A stretch of DNA of 63,800 nucleotides, the filler included, from Choristocarpus tenellus KU-1152 (lineage: Eukaryota > Protista > Phaeophyceae), in assembly GCA_964200185.2 (NCBI GenBank). It is 13 parts of 13 records of this genome, joined end to end, with 100 filler letters (N's around TTAATTAATTAA, not from the genome) between each part and the next. Parts side by side here need not be neighbours in the genome. Positions count along the whole stretch, not along the records: positions 20,846 to 25,854 come from CAXNAD020012178.1; positions 25,955 to 28,468 come from CAXNAD020027167.1; positions 28,569 to 36,503 come from CAXNAD020005372.1; 10 more parts are not named here. The stretch is one strand, 5' to 3'. Below are positions 22,500 through 33,814 of this stretch, piece after piece (the first letter of the stretch is position 1; each line of letters begins with the position of its first letter). Under the pieces are notes generated by a model. The model was given only the letters and a program-made list of their open reading frames with translations. It was not told the origin of the DNA and did not search any database. Position numbers and translations under genes: made by a program.

Positions 22500-25465
22500 G
22501 TGGGCAAGTTGATGGACCTCCGTGCTGATACCGCCTTGGTGGTCTCTGATTGGCCCGACCTTGGAAAGGAGGAGGAGGTTGGTGTGGAGTCACTCATGCC
22601 TGGCATGGTGGTCAAGGTTATTCGGGGAAGCAAGGTTTGTCGAGGGGATCATGTTCAGGGTTACGGTTAGGGTTAGGGTTAGGGTTAGGGTTAGGACCAA
22701 AGCCAGGCTAGGGCTATGGTTAGGCTTAGGGCTAAGTCCAGGTTAGATTTTGGTCAGGGTTAAGGTTAGGGTTGGGGATGGGGTTGGTTATGGGGGGGTA
22801 CGGGGTTGGGGATGGTGTTTCTAATGTAGTAGTAGTAGTCTTGATAAATCACAAAGTGTCTTTTGTGATTTCTTGTTTTGTTGCCCTGCCTTTATTTAGA
22901 AAAAAAATTCTGTTCATTTGATTTGTTTTTGTGGAAGGAATGAGCTTATCAACCTTTTGTGAGGACGTGGAAGGTGATGGTAAGAGAGAATTTGTTCTCC
23001 TTCCACCCACCCCTCCCGAAAAAATTGTTCTGAATGATTCATGATCTTTCTTTTGAGCAGTTATTTGAATTTTGGTTATTGAAAAAAAATCTTAATTTTT
23101 GAGAGATAAATTTCGAAGAGGAGGGCATCGTGTTCTTAAAGGACTCCTATGATGCCTTGTGACACATGAATTTTATGCTCTGTGGAGGACAATTTTAGCA
23201 AATAGTGTGTTAATGATATTTGATACGGATGTCATCGCTAATTTTGTTTTTACTGTCATGATATCCTTAGGGTTAGGGTCTACTGCAGTTCATGCATGGG
23301 CATGGTGTACATTACACAAGGTGCCAAGAAGCCTCAAAACTCAAGTCTGAAAGGTCAAAATCAGCCCCCTTTGTTCGTGCTTGCACTCTTGCTCACCCCC
23401 AGTGTGTTCCTGTTGGTTCCTTCTTATTAATAAACACACACATGCTACTACTGGAGGTAGATATTCGCACATACGCCATGCCTGTAAGGTACTCAGCTGG
23501 AGTACTACCAAAGATCTTTTCCTCTTCAAATTCTTTGCCAGGGATGATTTTTAAGAGCTAATGCAAAAGAATTGATGTCCCTCCCTCCTCCCTCCCCTCG
23601 CCCATTATTCAAGGTTCCTGTGGATGGCATTGTTGTTCGGGGCGATGCAGCGGTGGATGAGGCAATGATCACAGGAGAGTCTGTACCAGTGCACAAGGAA
23701 CGTGGATCCGATGTGATTGGGGCCACGGTAAGTTGATACATTTTTTTGTTTTCTGCTAGGTTAGAGTGAAAGTATCTTAGAGGGTACGAGTTTTGCCCTG
23801 TTTGTTCATTTGGTGCTTGGCTTTCCTTGGGTGTCTTATGACATGTTCCTACCCCAAAATGTGTCGGAGTAGGTAAAGTGTGTATGTTGTGAAAGGGTGT
23901 GTCCGGAACATGGATGTTGACACTTCCTAACAAAACACAATAGCCAAAATTACATCAAAATCGCAACATTGGATTTTGGCCCCCAAACGGACGCGGCTCT
24001 ACCCCCTAAGGTACTTTGACTTTTAAGGTTGGTATTAGTGGTATTGGTGTTGGTGGTATTGGTACTGGAGGTGTTATTTGTATTAGCACTGGTAGTGTTG
24101 GTGGTAGTGGTAGTGGTAGTGGTAGTGGTAGTGGTAGTGGTAGTGGTAGTGGTAGTGGTAGTGTTGGTGTGAATGTTAACCATTGTTTTAGCAGTCCTGA
24201 GTTACCTTCATACCGATGAAAAAAAAAAGAGGCACAACATTTTGCCGTGCAGTTTTAGAGTGAGGTCGAGATAAAATTGAATCTTAGATGCGACAGAAAC
24301 CGCCAAGTAATGTTAGAAAGTTTGAGCAAGAGCAAGAGAGCCTATTCATCCCTCCGCTTTGAAAAGGAAAAACTTAAGTTTGTACGCTGCAAGAGCGGCA
24401 GAGAGGTTCTAACAATGAAGTTCATAGCAGAAAAAACATGTAAGTTGAGTTCGCGATAGGAACATCTCTCGACGGAGTAGACTCTTTTTGTTGTGGGGGG
24501 GGGCTGGTGATGATAAGAATTATTTTGAGTATGCACTTCGAAGTTGTTTCTTTGACCTAGGAATATTCTAGGAATGTTCTATGAGGCGAAATGCAGACTT
24601 AGTCGGTTGTCGGCTATGGGATGCGATGTGAACGTTAAGGAGATTGATAGTAGTTTTTTACTACAAAATGAATTTGTTCTTTCAAGAGAAGCTGCAAGTA
24701 GCTCTTGGAGTTCTGGTTCTGGGAGGCCCAGATGCGCAGGGGATGTGTGTCCCCGGAACGGGTTTTGTTCCTGTGAACTTGAGATAGAAAATAAGGGTAT
24801 CTGACCTGCTCTGTATGGTTTTAGAGGAACCTCCTGTTTTTGTTTGTAGTCCTTCAGGCGTATGTGAAGTATTTGTTGGTCTAGTAATTGAGGTGGGAAT
24901 GGTGGTTAAGAGCAGGGTTTGTGATAGGGGCAGGGTTGAGGTTAAGTGTTGAGAGATTGGGGCTAGGAATAGTGTTTAAGAGTCTAGGGTACACGTTAGT
25001 TTTGAAAGATATGGATTGGGGTTAGGGTTAAGAGACCAGGGTTAACGTTAGGTTCAAGAGATTGGGCTGATTGTCGAGGTTAATGGATTAGGGTTAGGGT
25101 TTAGTGCGCTCGTATTCAGTGTCACACGCAGCACAGAAGTAGGTACTTCGAGTGCACAGTTCGTTCAAATCGCGAATTTTACACTCTACAAACAGGAATA
25201 CAAACGCGTGTATGAATATCATTGTTTTTTTTTTTTTATTGGCTGTGCCTCCGTAAGGTTTTCTGTGTAAAATATAAAATACACGCACAGGGATTGTAGT
25301 CAGTTTCACAGGCAATTCTTTACGACATACACACGTACACATGTCAATCCAAAAACGCCTGTCTGATATTAGGTGTGCCGGGAGGGTCTGCTGTACGTGA
25401 GGGTACAGAGGCTCGGGAAGGGTTCCAAGCTGCAGCAGATTGTGTCTATGGTTGTGAAGGCGCAG
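22500..25465 (+). CDS. P1B-type heavy-metal (probably Cu) transporting ATPase, internal exons (actuator domain)
   Basis: Phase-0 exons 22500-22634, 23614-23727 and 25373-25465: [15 protein letters not shown]...[11 protein letters not shown]|[38 protein letters not shown]|[31 protein letters not shown]. These contain the VP.DG, DE..ITGES.PV and VIGAT motifs. Confidence 0.92.
22658..22815. repeat. Interstitial telomere-like (TTAGGG)n tract, decaying
   Basis: About 5 perfect GGTTAG units followed by variant units, just inside an ATPase intron. Confidence 0.8.
23764..24022. mobile_element. MITE family B in an ATPase intron
   Basis: Full copy flanked by TTA on both sides (23761-23763 and 24023-24025). 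Confidence 0.85.
24091..24165. repeat. (GGTAGT)n microsatellite
   Basis: About 10 hexamer units; explains the poly-T and GS ORFs in the track. Confidence 0.9.
24230..24850 (-). mobile_element. Possible decayed LINE reverse-transcriptase fragment (intronic)
   Basis: Minus-strand pieces [25 protein letters not shown] and FYLDLT occur in the order of the early LINE RT motifs (APG.D, IPK..RPI..N..YK, LD..KAFD). Frameshifted. Confidence 0.35.
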
Positions 25466-25959
25466 GTGAGTTGACTATTTTCCTTTTTTTCATTAATTTT
25501 TTTTTTCTGTAGGTGGTGGAACTCTGCCTTCTCTTTTGACTGACAATCAAAGTGTGTGTGTGTGTGTGTGTTTGTATGTGTATGTGTATGTGCATGTGCA
25601 TGTGCTTGTCCAAGAAAGGTTATAGTACCCTCTAAAATCTCCTACTTTTTGTAGTAGAAAATCAGGTCCTGATACGGTCCAGCGTACTACTACCTAGAGG
25701 TGGAAAGCTACTCATGCGACTAAGGACTGTTTTCTGTGACAATAAATTACCCTCTTAAGTTAGGTTTATTTTTTGGTTCTGTGTCCCATAGAGGGGATGC
25801 ATGATACGAGGTGGTTGAAGAAGGCACTGGACTCAAAGTATCTGGGCGGGAGGGNNNNNNNNNNNNNNNNNNNNNNNNNNNNNNNNNNNNNNNNNNNNTT
25901 AATTAATTAANNNNNNNNNNNNNNNNNNNNNNNNNNNNNNNNNNNNNNNNNNNNCCAAG

Positions 25960-26232
25960 CAATCTCGCCAGGTTTATCACCTTTATGTTCTTTGATGATT
26001 TTGGGGATACTTTAACATCTATCTGTCGTAAGCAGGATTTGACAGCTCCTTTCTTTCCTGATGTAGCCTGTCCCTCTCCTCCCTACCCCATGTGTAGCCA
26101 ACTCATCCAGAAAAAAATCTGCATGCTTACCGATGCACCCAAAACTTTCCACTGCGAGTATGTAGAGGTTAGAATAAATACTCCGTTGGTTTTTCCCTTG
26201 ACACATCTACAAAATGTCGGAAGGCATCATTT
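25960..26232. mobile_element. Non-LTR retroelement copy with inverted body and forward 3' end
   Basis: 26012-26172 on the minus strand reads AVESFGCIGKHADFFLDELATH (same family as 36890-37150). 26185-26232 on the plus strand is the family 3' stem-loop. Confidence 0.65.
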
Positions 26233-27973
26233 TTGTGTGGGAAGCTGGGTCGTCTGTTATCATACCAATACTACTGCTGTATGTCATATACCGCCATATC
26301 GTTGATGTTCTTTATCAGGAACCCTCGATTCCAGTTAAGGATCCTCTGCGAGAGACCAGTCCCATGGGGGGTGAACTTCTCTTCAATCAGAGATACCAAG
26401 AGTCGAGGATCTCCTCTAACATCAAGTCCCCTATAGCTTCACCCACCAACGAAAAGATAAGAGTCCTGTTTATCAAGCACTAGTTCATCGACCAGAACCC
26501 ACGGATCTTGCTCGAGAGTCTCCCCTATCCTTTCAGGTGGATCGTAAGGGGAAATGAGACGCTTCCAAGATGTCCCTAGAGAATCGTGATTCCTCTGCAG
26601 TCGTAACACTCCCCGCATCCTGCGTCTTATTCCAGAACATCCCACGTTCCTCATCATGTTCTACAGCTTAAGAGTTGGCTGTAGCAATTTGGCGATGTTA
26701 TACAAGTCATCTCAACAAATGCTTGAAAACCAACTTTGTGCCACCTCTATGTCCGTAGGACCTCCTCAAGTTGCAAGGTTACCAAAGTTTCTGTAGAGTG
26801 GACAAATAAATATTCACCTCATTTGTGATTCTGATGAGGTAACGATGAACTGCGGCACTGTTGAGAAGGTTGGTTGTGTTTTTTTTTCATCTATTGTTCA
26901 GAACAAAGTGAATCCCACTTGTCCACGTGGACAAACTTTACCCAAAATACTGTCTCATTCATTATTCTTCGTCTTGATCGATTGCTTTTCATCTTATGCT
27001 AACAGCTGACTCTTTTTCATTGTTATTTCTCCGTACCTCTTACTTCTTGCCTGTGCTTCACCAAAAGCACAACAGAAAATGCTAGAAAATTGTGTAAGAA
27101 TAGAATTGGTTCGGTGCCACACAAAAACAGCACAATTACAAACCACTCACACATTCACAACTTAGCCAGGAAAAGATATGTGGAAGAGTATTTGTATTTA
27201 AAGGTTGAAGGAGTGAAAATGTATTAATCATTTCTATCCAGGAATCTTCTCTCAATGTTGAGGAATAATGTGCAAATCCCGATTTGTTGATGGAAGCATG
27301 CCTGTTGGTTAGTATGTGTGCAAAAGAGAGCTACTCTAATAGAGTTTTTGCTTTATGTGGTATGGATGTATTTATTAGCGGAGTGAGCACCATCCCTCGA
27401 TGGTGGGTCGAGGTGGGGGGGTTGGTCGAGGTGGGGGGGTGCTTTGCCTCGTTATCTATTGCGCACGTCAGCAGACACTTCAGAACGTGCCTGTGTCAGT
27501 CGCACTACGTCATTCGTTCTGCGTCAGTCGTAGCTGCGTCAGTGATCCTTCGCCAGTAGTAGCTAAAACAGTCGTCCTGCGTCAGCTACTTATTTCAATC
27601 AGAAATGAAAAGTACATCCATCGATATTCGAATCTATTACACACAGAAACAAGTCATTGACACTTAATCCACTCAGTCAACATTTCTGTTACATAGTAAT
27701 AATGACTTTCAAACAGATAAGAACCTATTACTACCAGCCTATTATATTGCACAGTATGTGCTCATGATACGTAGATATCCCTTATCATTTCGTGTGATCT
27801 GTTCGGAAGTGTCAAAAGAAATAATTGTGTATTACTGATCATCTCTCCTTATCTCGTCGCGTGCACATCTTTCTAAGTATAGTAATTTGTTTTGCTCACA
27901 AATTCTGGATTATGTTTTAATTCAATTGTTGCATTCCACCCGTTCCCTTCCTCCCCATTATACCACCAATTTG

Positions 27974-28425
27974 TGACCAACCAGTGTGAACCCCTTCGCC
28001 ACTGATTTCCATTCACCTCCCCTCCCTGCGATGACCAACCAATGTGAACCCCTTTCGCAATTGATTTTCAGCCATCGCCCACATCTGATGACCAACCAGT
28101 ACAAACCCCTTCACCACTGATTCCCAGTCACCTCCCCTCCCTGCGATGACCAGCCAATGTGAACCCTTTTGTGGTTGATTTCCAGTCAACCCCCAATCAA
28201 GATGACCAACCAGTTTGACCCCTTCGCCACCGATTTCCAGTCACCCCCCCCCATGCGATGATCAACCAATGTAAACTCCTTTCGCCATCGATTTCCAGCC
28301 ACCGCCCACCTGCGATGACCAACCAGTTTGAACCCCCCTCACCACTGATTTCCAGTCACCCCCCACATCTGATGACCAACCAATGTGACCCCTTCGCCAC
28401 TGATTTCCAGTCGCCACCCCACCCT
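27974..28425. repeat. Minisatellite, 8 x ~57 bp
   Basis: Units start TGAYCA at about 27974, 28032, 28089, 28147, 28203, 28259, 28316 and 28373. Core CCCTTCGCCACTGATTTCCAGTCACC. Confidence 0.9.
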
Positions 28426-28599
28426 TCAACCCCACTCAACCCCACACCACCTACCACTCCCCCACACCNNNNNNNNNNNNNNNNNNNNNNNNNNNNNNNN
28501 NNNNNNNNNNNNTTAATTAATTAANNNNNNNNNNNNNNNNNNNNNNNNNNNNNNNNNNNNNNNNNNNNCCCCCCTCCCAGATACTTTGGGTCTAATCGA

Positions 28600-30200
28600 G
28601 TCATATACACACTAAAGTCTGGAAACATCAATTTCTTTAACACCTCTTATTCCAGAGAATGTTAATCAGTGGTGCAGCTAGCTCGTTGACCATAGTTAGG
28701 GACAAACTGTCTCATATATCCTGCCATGCCCAAAAGGCTTCTCAACTGCTCGACCATTGATGGGGGAGGGAGTACTGCTACGGCTATCATCTTCGACGGT
28801 GCAGGGCTCAAGCCGTATCTACCAACCTGCATCCCTAAAAATTCTTTGTGAAGACATAAACCGTAGAGATTTTGGAAAATTCACAGATATAACCCATAGT
28901 GCTTGGGTCTGGTCAGTAGGGGCAGGGGGCAAAGTTTGTTCATATATTCATCGAATGATGAAGTGTAACAAAAGAGGTCGTCTAGCCAGTTCTCTACAAC
29001 ATTACCTTTGAGCTCATCTAATGCCTCTCTCATATAGCATGTGTTTATTGAATGATTAAGTATAACAAAAGAAATCGTCCAGCCAATTCTCCCGACCATT
29101 TCCTTTGAGCTCTCCTAATTCCTCTCTCATATAGCTCGAGAACACTACGGTCAGAATTTTCAAGCCAAACCCACCCCTGTTGTTCTCCCATAATTGTCTA
29201 TGGCCTTTCTCTTAAGGAGGATATTGATATCCTTCAACTGCAACATTTGTCTTGTAACCTCTCCCCGCTTGAGGTACCCCTTCAGGTTGGCACCGTGGAC
29301 ATAGCAATAATTGTCCACAATAGGTTTTGCCTGTCCCTGTCTTCATTGTGACAAATCCGTGGTCAGAAAACACCTGTTTTAGGATATTGGATGTGACTCT
29401 CGGTTTTCTTCCATTTTTTAACACCACCCCTGAAACACTCCTTAGTGAAATTATTTTTCAATCATGCATCCACTCAATCTTGAAGAAGTGTCATTGAAAA
29501 TCCTGTATTCTATCTCACCATCGAACGTGACAGTTTTCTTCTTTTCCCCATTAACTCCAGCAGAGTCCCAGTTCCCACCTTCTGCCATGGATATTTTATG
29601 TACAGCAGCGATATCATTATCCTCCTCTTTCTTCCTCCTCTCATTTCCCCACAGTATTGCAAGAATCACTCCCCCCCCAGTTTCTACTGCTGGTTTATCT
29701 ATACCTGGTCTCTCAGCTTCATACTCTCCCACATCAGGTCCCCGGACCCTCCAGCAAAGAGGGTCGGTTAATAGGGATTAACTATCTTGTTGCGGATCTG
29801 TGCCGCCCTCGTTGTCCTGGCTCTTCTTCTTTACCTCGTCACCATTCTTTTTCTCTCCCACACCATCGCTCTTCCCCCCCCCTTCACCACCGTTCCCCTT
29901 CTCTACCTCATCATCACTCTTTACCCTGCGGCCCCGGGTTTCTGACATTTTACGCCTCTTCTCTTTCCAAAACCTCTCCCTCTCCTCTTGCTTTTACCTT
30001 CCCCTCCCTCCTCCTCCCGAGACCAGGATTGATTGTGGTCCTTCAAAGAAGAAGAATGCTGCCCAGAGTTGGCCCTTACGGTGATCGAAGTGGTCAGTTC
30101 CTGCATACATTTCCACTTGGTCTTGGAGGTGTGTCCTTTTGCCAATTGTTAAGGTTATGCGTTAAATCCATGTGGGAAAATACTTATTAAGGAAACAATC
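28600..30200 (-). mobile_element. Decayed Ty3/gypsy retrotransposon (gag to RT)
   Basis: Minus strand shows ENWLDDLFCYTSSFDE (YxDD region) near 28960-29000 and LRSLLGMAGYMRQFVPNY (RT thumb) near 28695-28745. Basic/acidic gag-like sequence lies upstream. Confidence 0.75.
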
Positions 30201-32265
30201 AGTTAGATAATTAGAGTGTCGTTGGATAACTGTTGGATAACTGGATGGTTGATATGATTCTTTCTGTTGAATGATTAAGAGAACAATATCCAGGTTATTG
30301 CAGTATCATAAGAAGAATCCTGGAAAAGAAATGTTGTAGCCAGTAACACGGATTGAGTGGTAAGTTTTTAGTGATCAGGGATGAGTGGAAGGTTTATCAC
30401 TCCCCTCCGGTTGGATGGTGTTTCTCACTCCAACTTTCTACCTACTACAACATAACTGAGAAGGAATTAATCTACATATTTCAACATCAAGACTTGGGAT
30501 TCTACACATTCTTTAACATCAATCTTCCAACATCATATCCCCCCATCTCCATTTCAGCAATACTGTGCCGTCATGGTCGCTAAAATTGTCCACCTCTCCC
30601 AAACCCTTATCCACGTCACTCAGGTGATCCATGGCATGTGAACCACAGGATGCAGGGTTTTATACCAATGTTTCTTCTAGCTGTTTCGTTTGCGGACTTT
30701 TGTTGAGGTCTGCGAGTAGTCCAAATCCTCTCTATCCTGGACATCCTGTTCTGACTCAGAGGTTCGTGTCTGCGTCGCTGAAGAGGTCATCAAAATTGTT
30801 GGTGATGGTGCCATGGTGCTATGGTGCCCAACGGTGCTCTTGGAGTAACATATCTCACTGGAATATGAGGACACTCCCTTCGCCTTCTTGTTGAGACCGA
30901 CAAAGTTGCATGATTCTCAAACACCACCACTCCCCTTCAACCAGATTCCACTGTCCTCCTTGCTGCTTCCACTACAATCTAACGATTGACAGCTTGAAGA
31001 CAATGTTTATCGTACCCTGCTCTTCCTCTTCATATCTACCCTAGGTCTCACCCCAACCTCAACTGCACTGTCCTCCCAGCAATCGCTTCCATCACGTGTG
31101 CTGTGGATGGAGTAAAAGATGTTGAAGATGTAGCCCAGACCTTTTCCTTTCTGCTCTATTTTTATGGATTTGATCGCCCTCTAATATCACTTCTATTACC
31201 TGCCTGCCTAACACTGTCTTCTTCTCCTCTATGTTCCTCCATCTCTCTTCCCCCTATGGAATCATCATCGACACTTATGGAATCGTCCCTGGAAGAAGTA
31301 GGCAAGCGCCTGATCCTTCTCAGGTTCGATAGGACTCGCAGATTGTGCATCACGCCATCAGGGTTCAGATTAGAACTAAGTGTGTAGTAGGCAATGACGT
31401 ATCCATCTGGATCAGTATCTAGGTTGGTGATCCTCACTTGGGTCATGCCATTGACCTTCAGGATATCTTCCTCCTGATGGACCACCCTGTGCAATCCTCC
31501 CATTCCTGCCAGAGGGAGAGTTACCTTGCCATCAACTTCCATGCAGGACGGAGGCAAGACACGGAGAAGCGTAACAACAAAAAGCAAAGAAATTATTGGA
31601 AGGAGTTGTGATGTGAATGTAGAGGAGGGAATTGATACTGTGTAACACCAAGAACCAATTTTATCAACATATTTGCTCACAAAGCTCTTGTGACAACAGG
31701 CCACATGTCACAACTAAGATAAAAACACCAGCCGAAATAAGAAGAGAATATTAGATGTGTTTAGAGTGTGCCACATCTGTCTCAAGCAGTTGCAGTTCGA
31801 ATTGTGTTAAGGCAGAAAATTACAACCTCTTCAACGGTGATACACTGCCGACCTACTTCCACCAAGTGACGAGTTTCGATAAAGAGAAGTTTCTTAGCAT
31901 ATAAAAGGGTACGAGTTTTGGTTGACACTTGCTAACAAACGCAATGGCCAAAAATATATCAAAATCGCAACATTGGTTCTTGGACCCCAAACAGGCAACC
32001 GTAACACAATTAAATGCTTTGACTCAAACGATGAAATAAAGAAAATCGTATCCCACTTATCCCACTAAGAAGCAACCTCACCTATGCCACCCTTGACCTC
32101 GTTGAGTGTTACACCCTTGGAGCTCCTCACAATATCTTCACGGAGATATCACAACCCTCTACCTCTTGTAGCAAGAGATTTTTCTTCAACTGCTTTGTTC
32201 CAACCTTTCATACAAGGAAAGGCACTTCAGCAAATACTGACAAGACTACGGTGAATAAGTTTGCA

Positions 32266-32552
32266 GAGTCAAAGCATCTTAGAGGGTAGAGCCGCATATC
32301 AGTTTGGGGTCCAAAATACAATGTTGCAATCTTGATGCAATTTTGGCAATCGTATTTGTTAGGAAGTGTCAATAGCCTTGTTCTGGACACATTTTTTCAT
32401 AGTTATATACATTATACCTACTCCAAAACCTATACATTGTACCTACTCTGAAACGTTTCGGAGTAGGAAAATGTCGCAAAAAACCCGTGGGAAGCCAAGC
32501 CCCAAACAGACAAACAGGGTTAACTCCTACCCCCTATTCAATACTTTGGCTC
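32266..32552. mobile_element. MITE family B with a small internal duplication
   Basis: GAGTCAAAGCATCTTAGAGGG...ATACTTTGGCTC. A further degenerate partial copy lies at about 31885-32025. Confidence 0.8.
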
Positions 32553-33634
32553 ACAACAAAGTGTCAGTGAGCTTGAGAAAGAAAAGGTAGACTCTCAAAT
32601 CTTTCTGCGAATATTCGGAGTCGTACCTCTCGAGATAAGACATATGGTTTGTTGTTAGGCTTCTTCCTTGGCTTCAATTTCAAGCCTTACATATCTTCGC
32701 CCTCCTCTCCCCCTCTGACGAGGATCCCTCCTCTTTCTTCCTTTGCAATTCTTTGGCAATCTGCATCACGACCTCCAGTACTGCACTGTTGTTGAACAAA
32801 TTCTTAAGGCGCATCCTTCTCAGATAGGCATTCCTGAGTTTATCAGAATCCAGGGGAAGATCTACATCGTCCTCCCTTCCATCACTGAGTTGAGGCTGAT
32901 GTCCTTTAACCTGGGCCTCTCCTCCAAGCTCTCCTGCTCTTTTTTCTTGGAGGGTGTTTCCTTCTTGGTGGACTGGTTCCTCACACCCTGAAGCGTCTTG
33001 GAGAACTGAGTTGGGGGGAGGGGGGATAGAGGTGCGATTGTCAGGAACCAGAGCCAAGAAGAGAACTTCTCAATACAATTGAATCAGTGGTGGACCAATG
33101 GAAGGCGGAGAATTTGTTCATGGACATATCATCTAGCAAGAAAAGGGGGGGCTTACCAAGTCCTTGAAGGAGCCCTCTTCCCTGAGGCTGGGACGTACAG
33201 GAGGGACAGTGAGTCTGAGTGGAGTTTATTCGCAGCCTCCTGCGAGAACACGTTTGTGGCCAATTCCGCAATATCTGACCGATCAAGATTTTGAGGCATC
33301 CAACCGCCAAATACTCCAGCCCCTCTCCCATGAGAACATCCTGACACATTGAAACAAAGTACTGTTCCCTGATCATCAACAAGATCCGAGAAGGACAGAC
33401 GGGAGAAAGGATTTAATCTTAGCCAGGCAAGGTAAAATATTTTGTGACGATATTGTTAATGTGTCAGGCGATGGGTCATCAGAGATAACACAATCCCAGC
33501 GGTGACAAGAACTGTTGTTACCCCTAGGTAGACAACACGCTACAGTAAAGGGGTAGATGGAAGCAAGCAAAGGTGGAAATGTGCTCACCTTTATCCTGAA
33601 CTGGTTGTTGAAGCTCATCTTTTTCTTGAGCAAA

Positions 33635-33814
33635 GACCCAAAGTATCTGGGGGGGGGAGAGGGTCTACACCAAAGTGTCCATTTGGACCAAAACCAAGAA
33701 AATTGCGCTTTCATTATCCATCTAACGTACGGAACCATATCACCCAAAAATCGCGACATGAAAAAATTGGTCGCAATTGGACAGCCGCCACCCCCCCCCC
33801 AGATACTTTGAGCC
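33635..33814. mobile_element. MITE family A, full copy
   Basis: GACCCAAAGTATCTGG...CCAGATACTTTGAGCC flanked by AAA on both sides. Confidence 0.85.

Noticed and set aside
22658-22815. True chromosome end
   Set aside because: The tract is short, degenerate and lies inside an intron between two in-frame exons.
23950-24219. Poly-Thr and Gly-Ser ORFs
   Set aside because: Translations of an intronic (GGTAGT)n microsatellite.
27974-28425. CRISPR-like array
   Set aside because: Whole units are homologous with no unique spacers, there are no cas genes, and the context is eukaryotic.
33300-33505. DNA adenine methylase motifs (WDCVISDDPSP; QDVLMGEG)
   Set aside because: Only superficially like DPPY and FxGxG; key residues and spacing do not fit.
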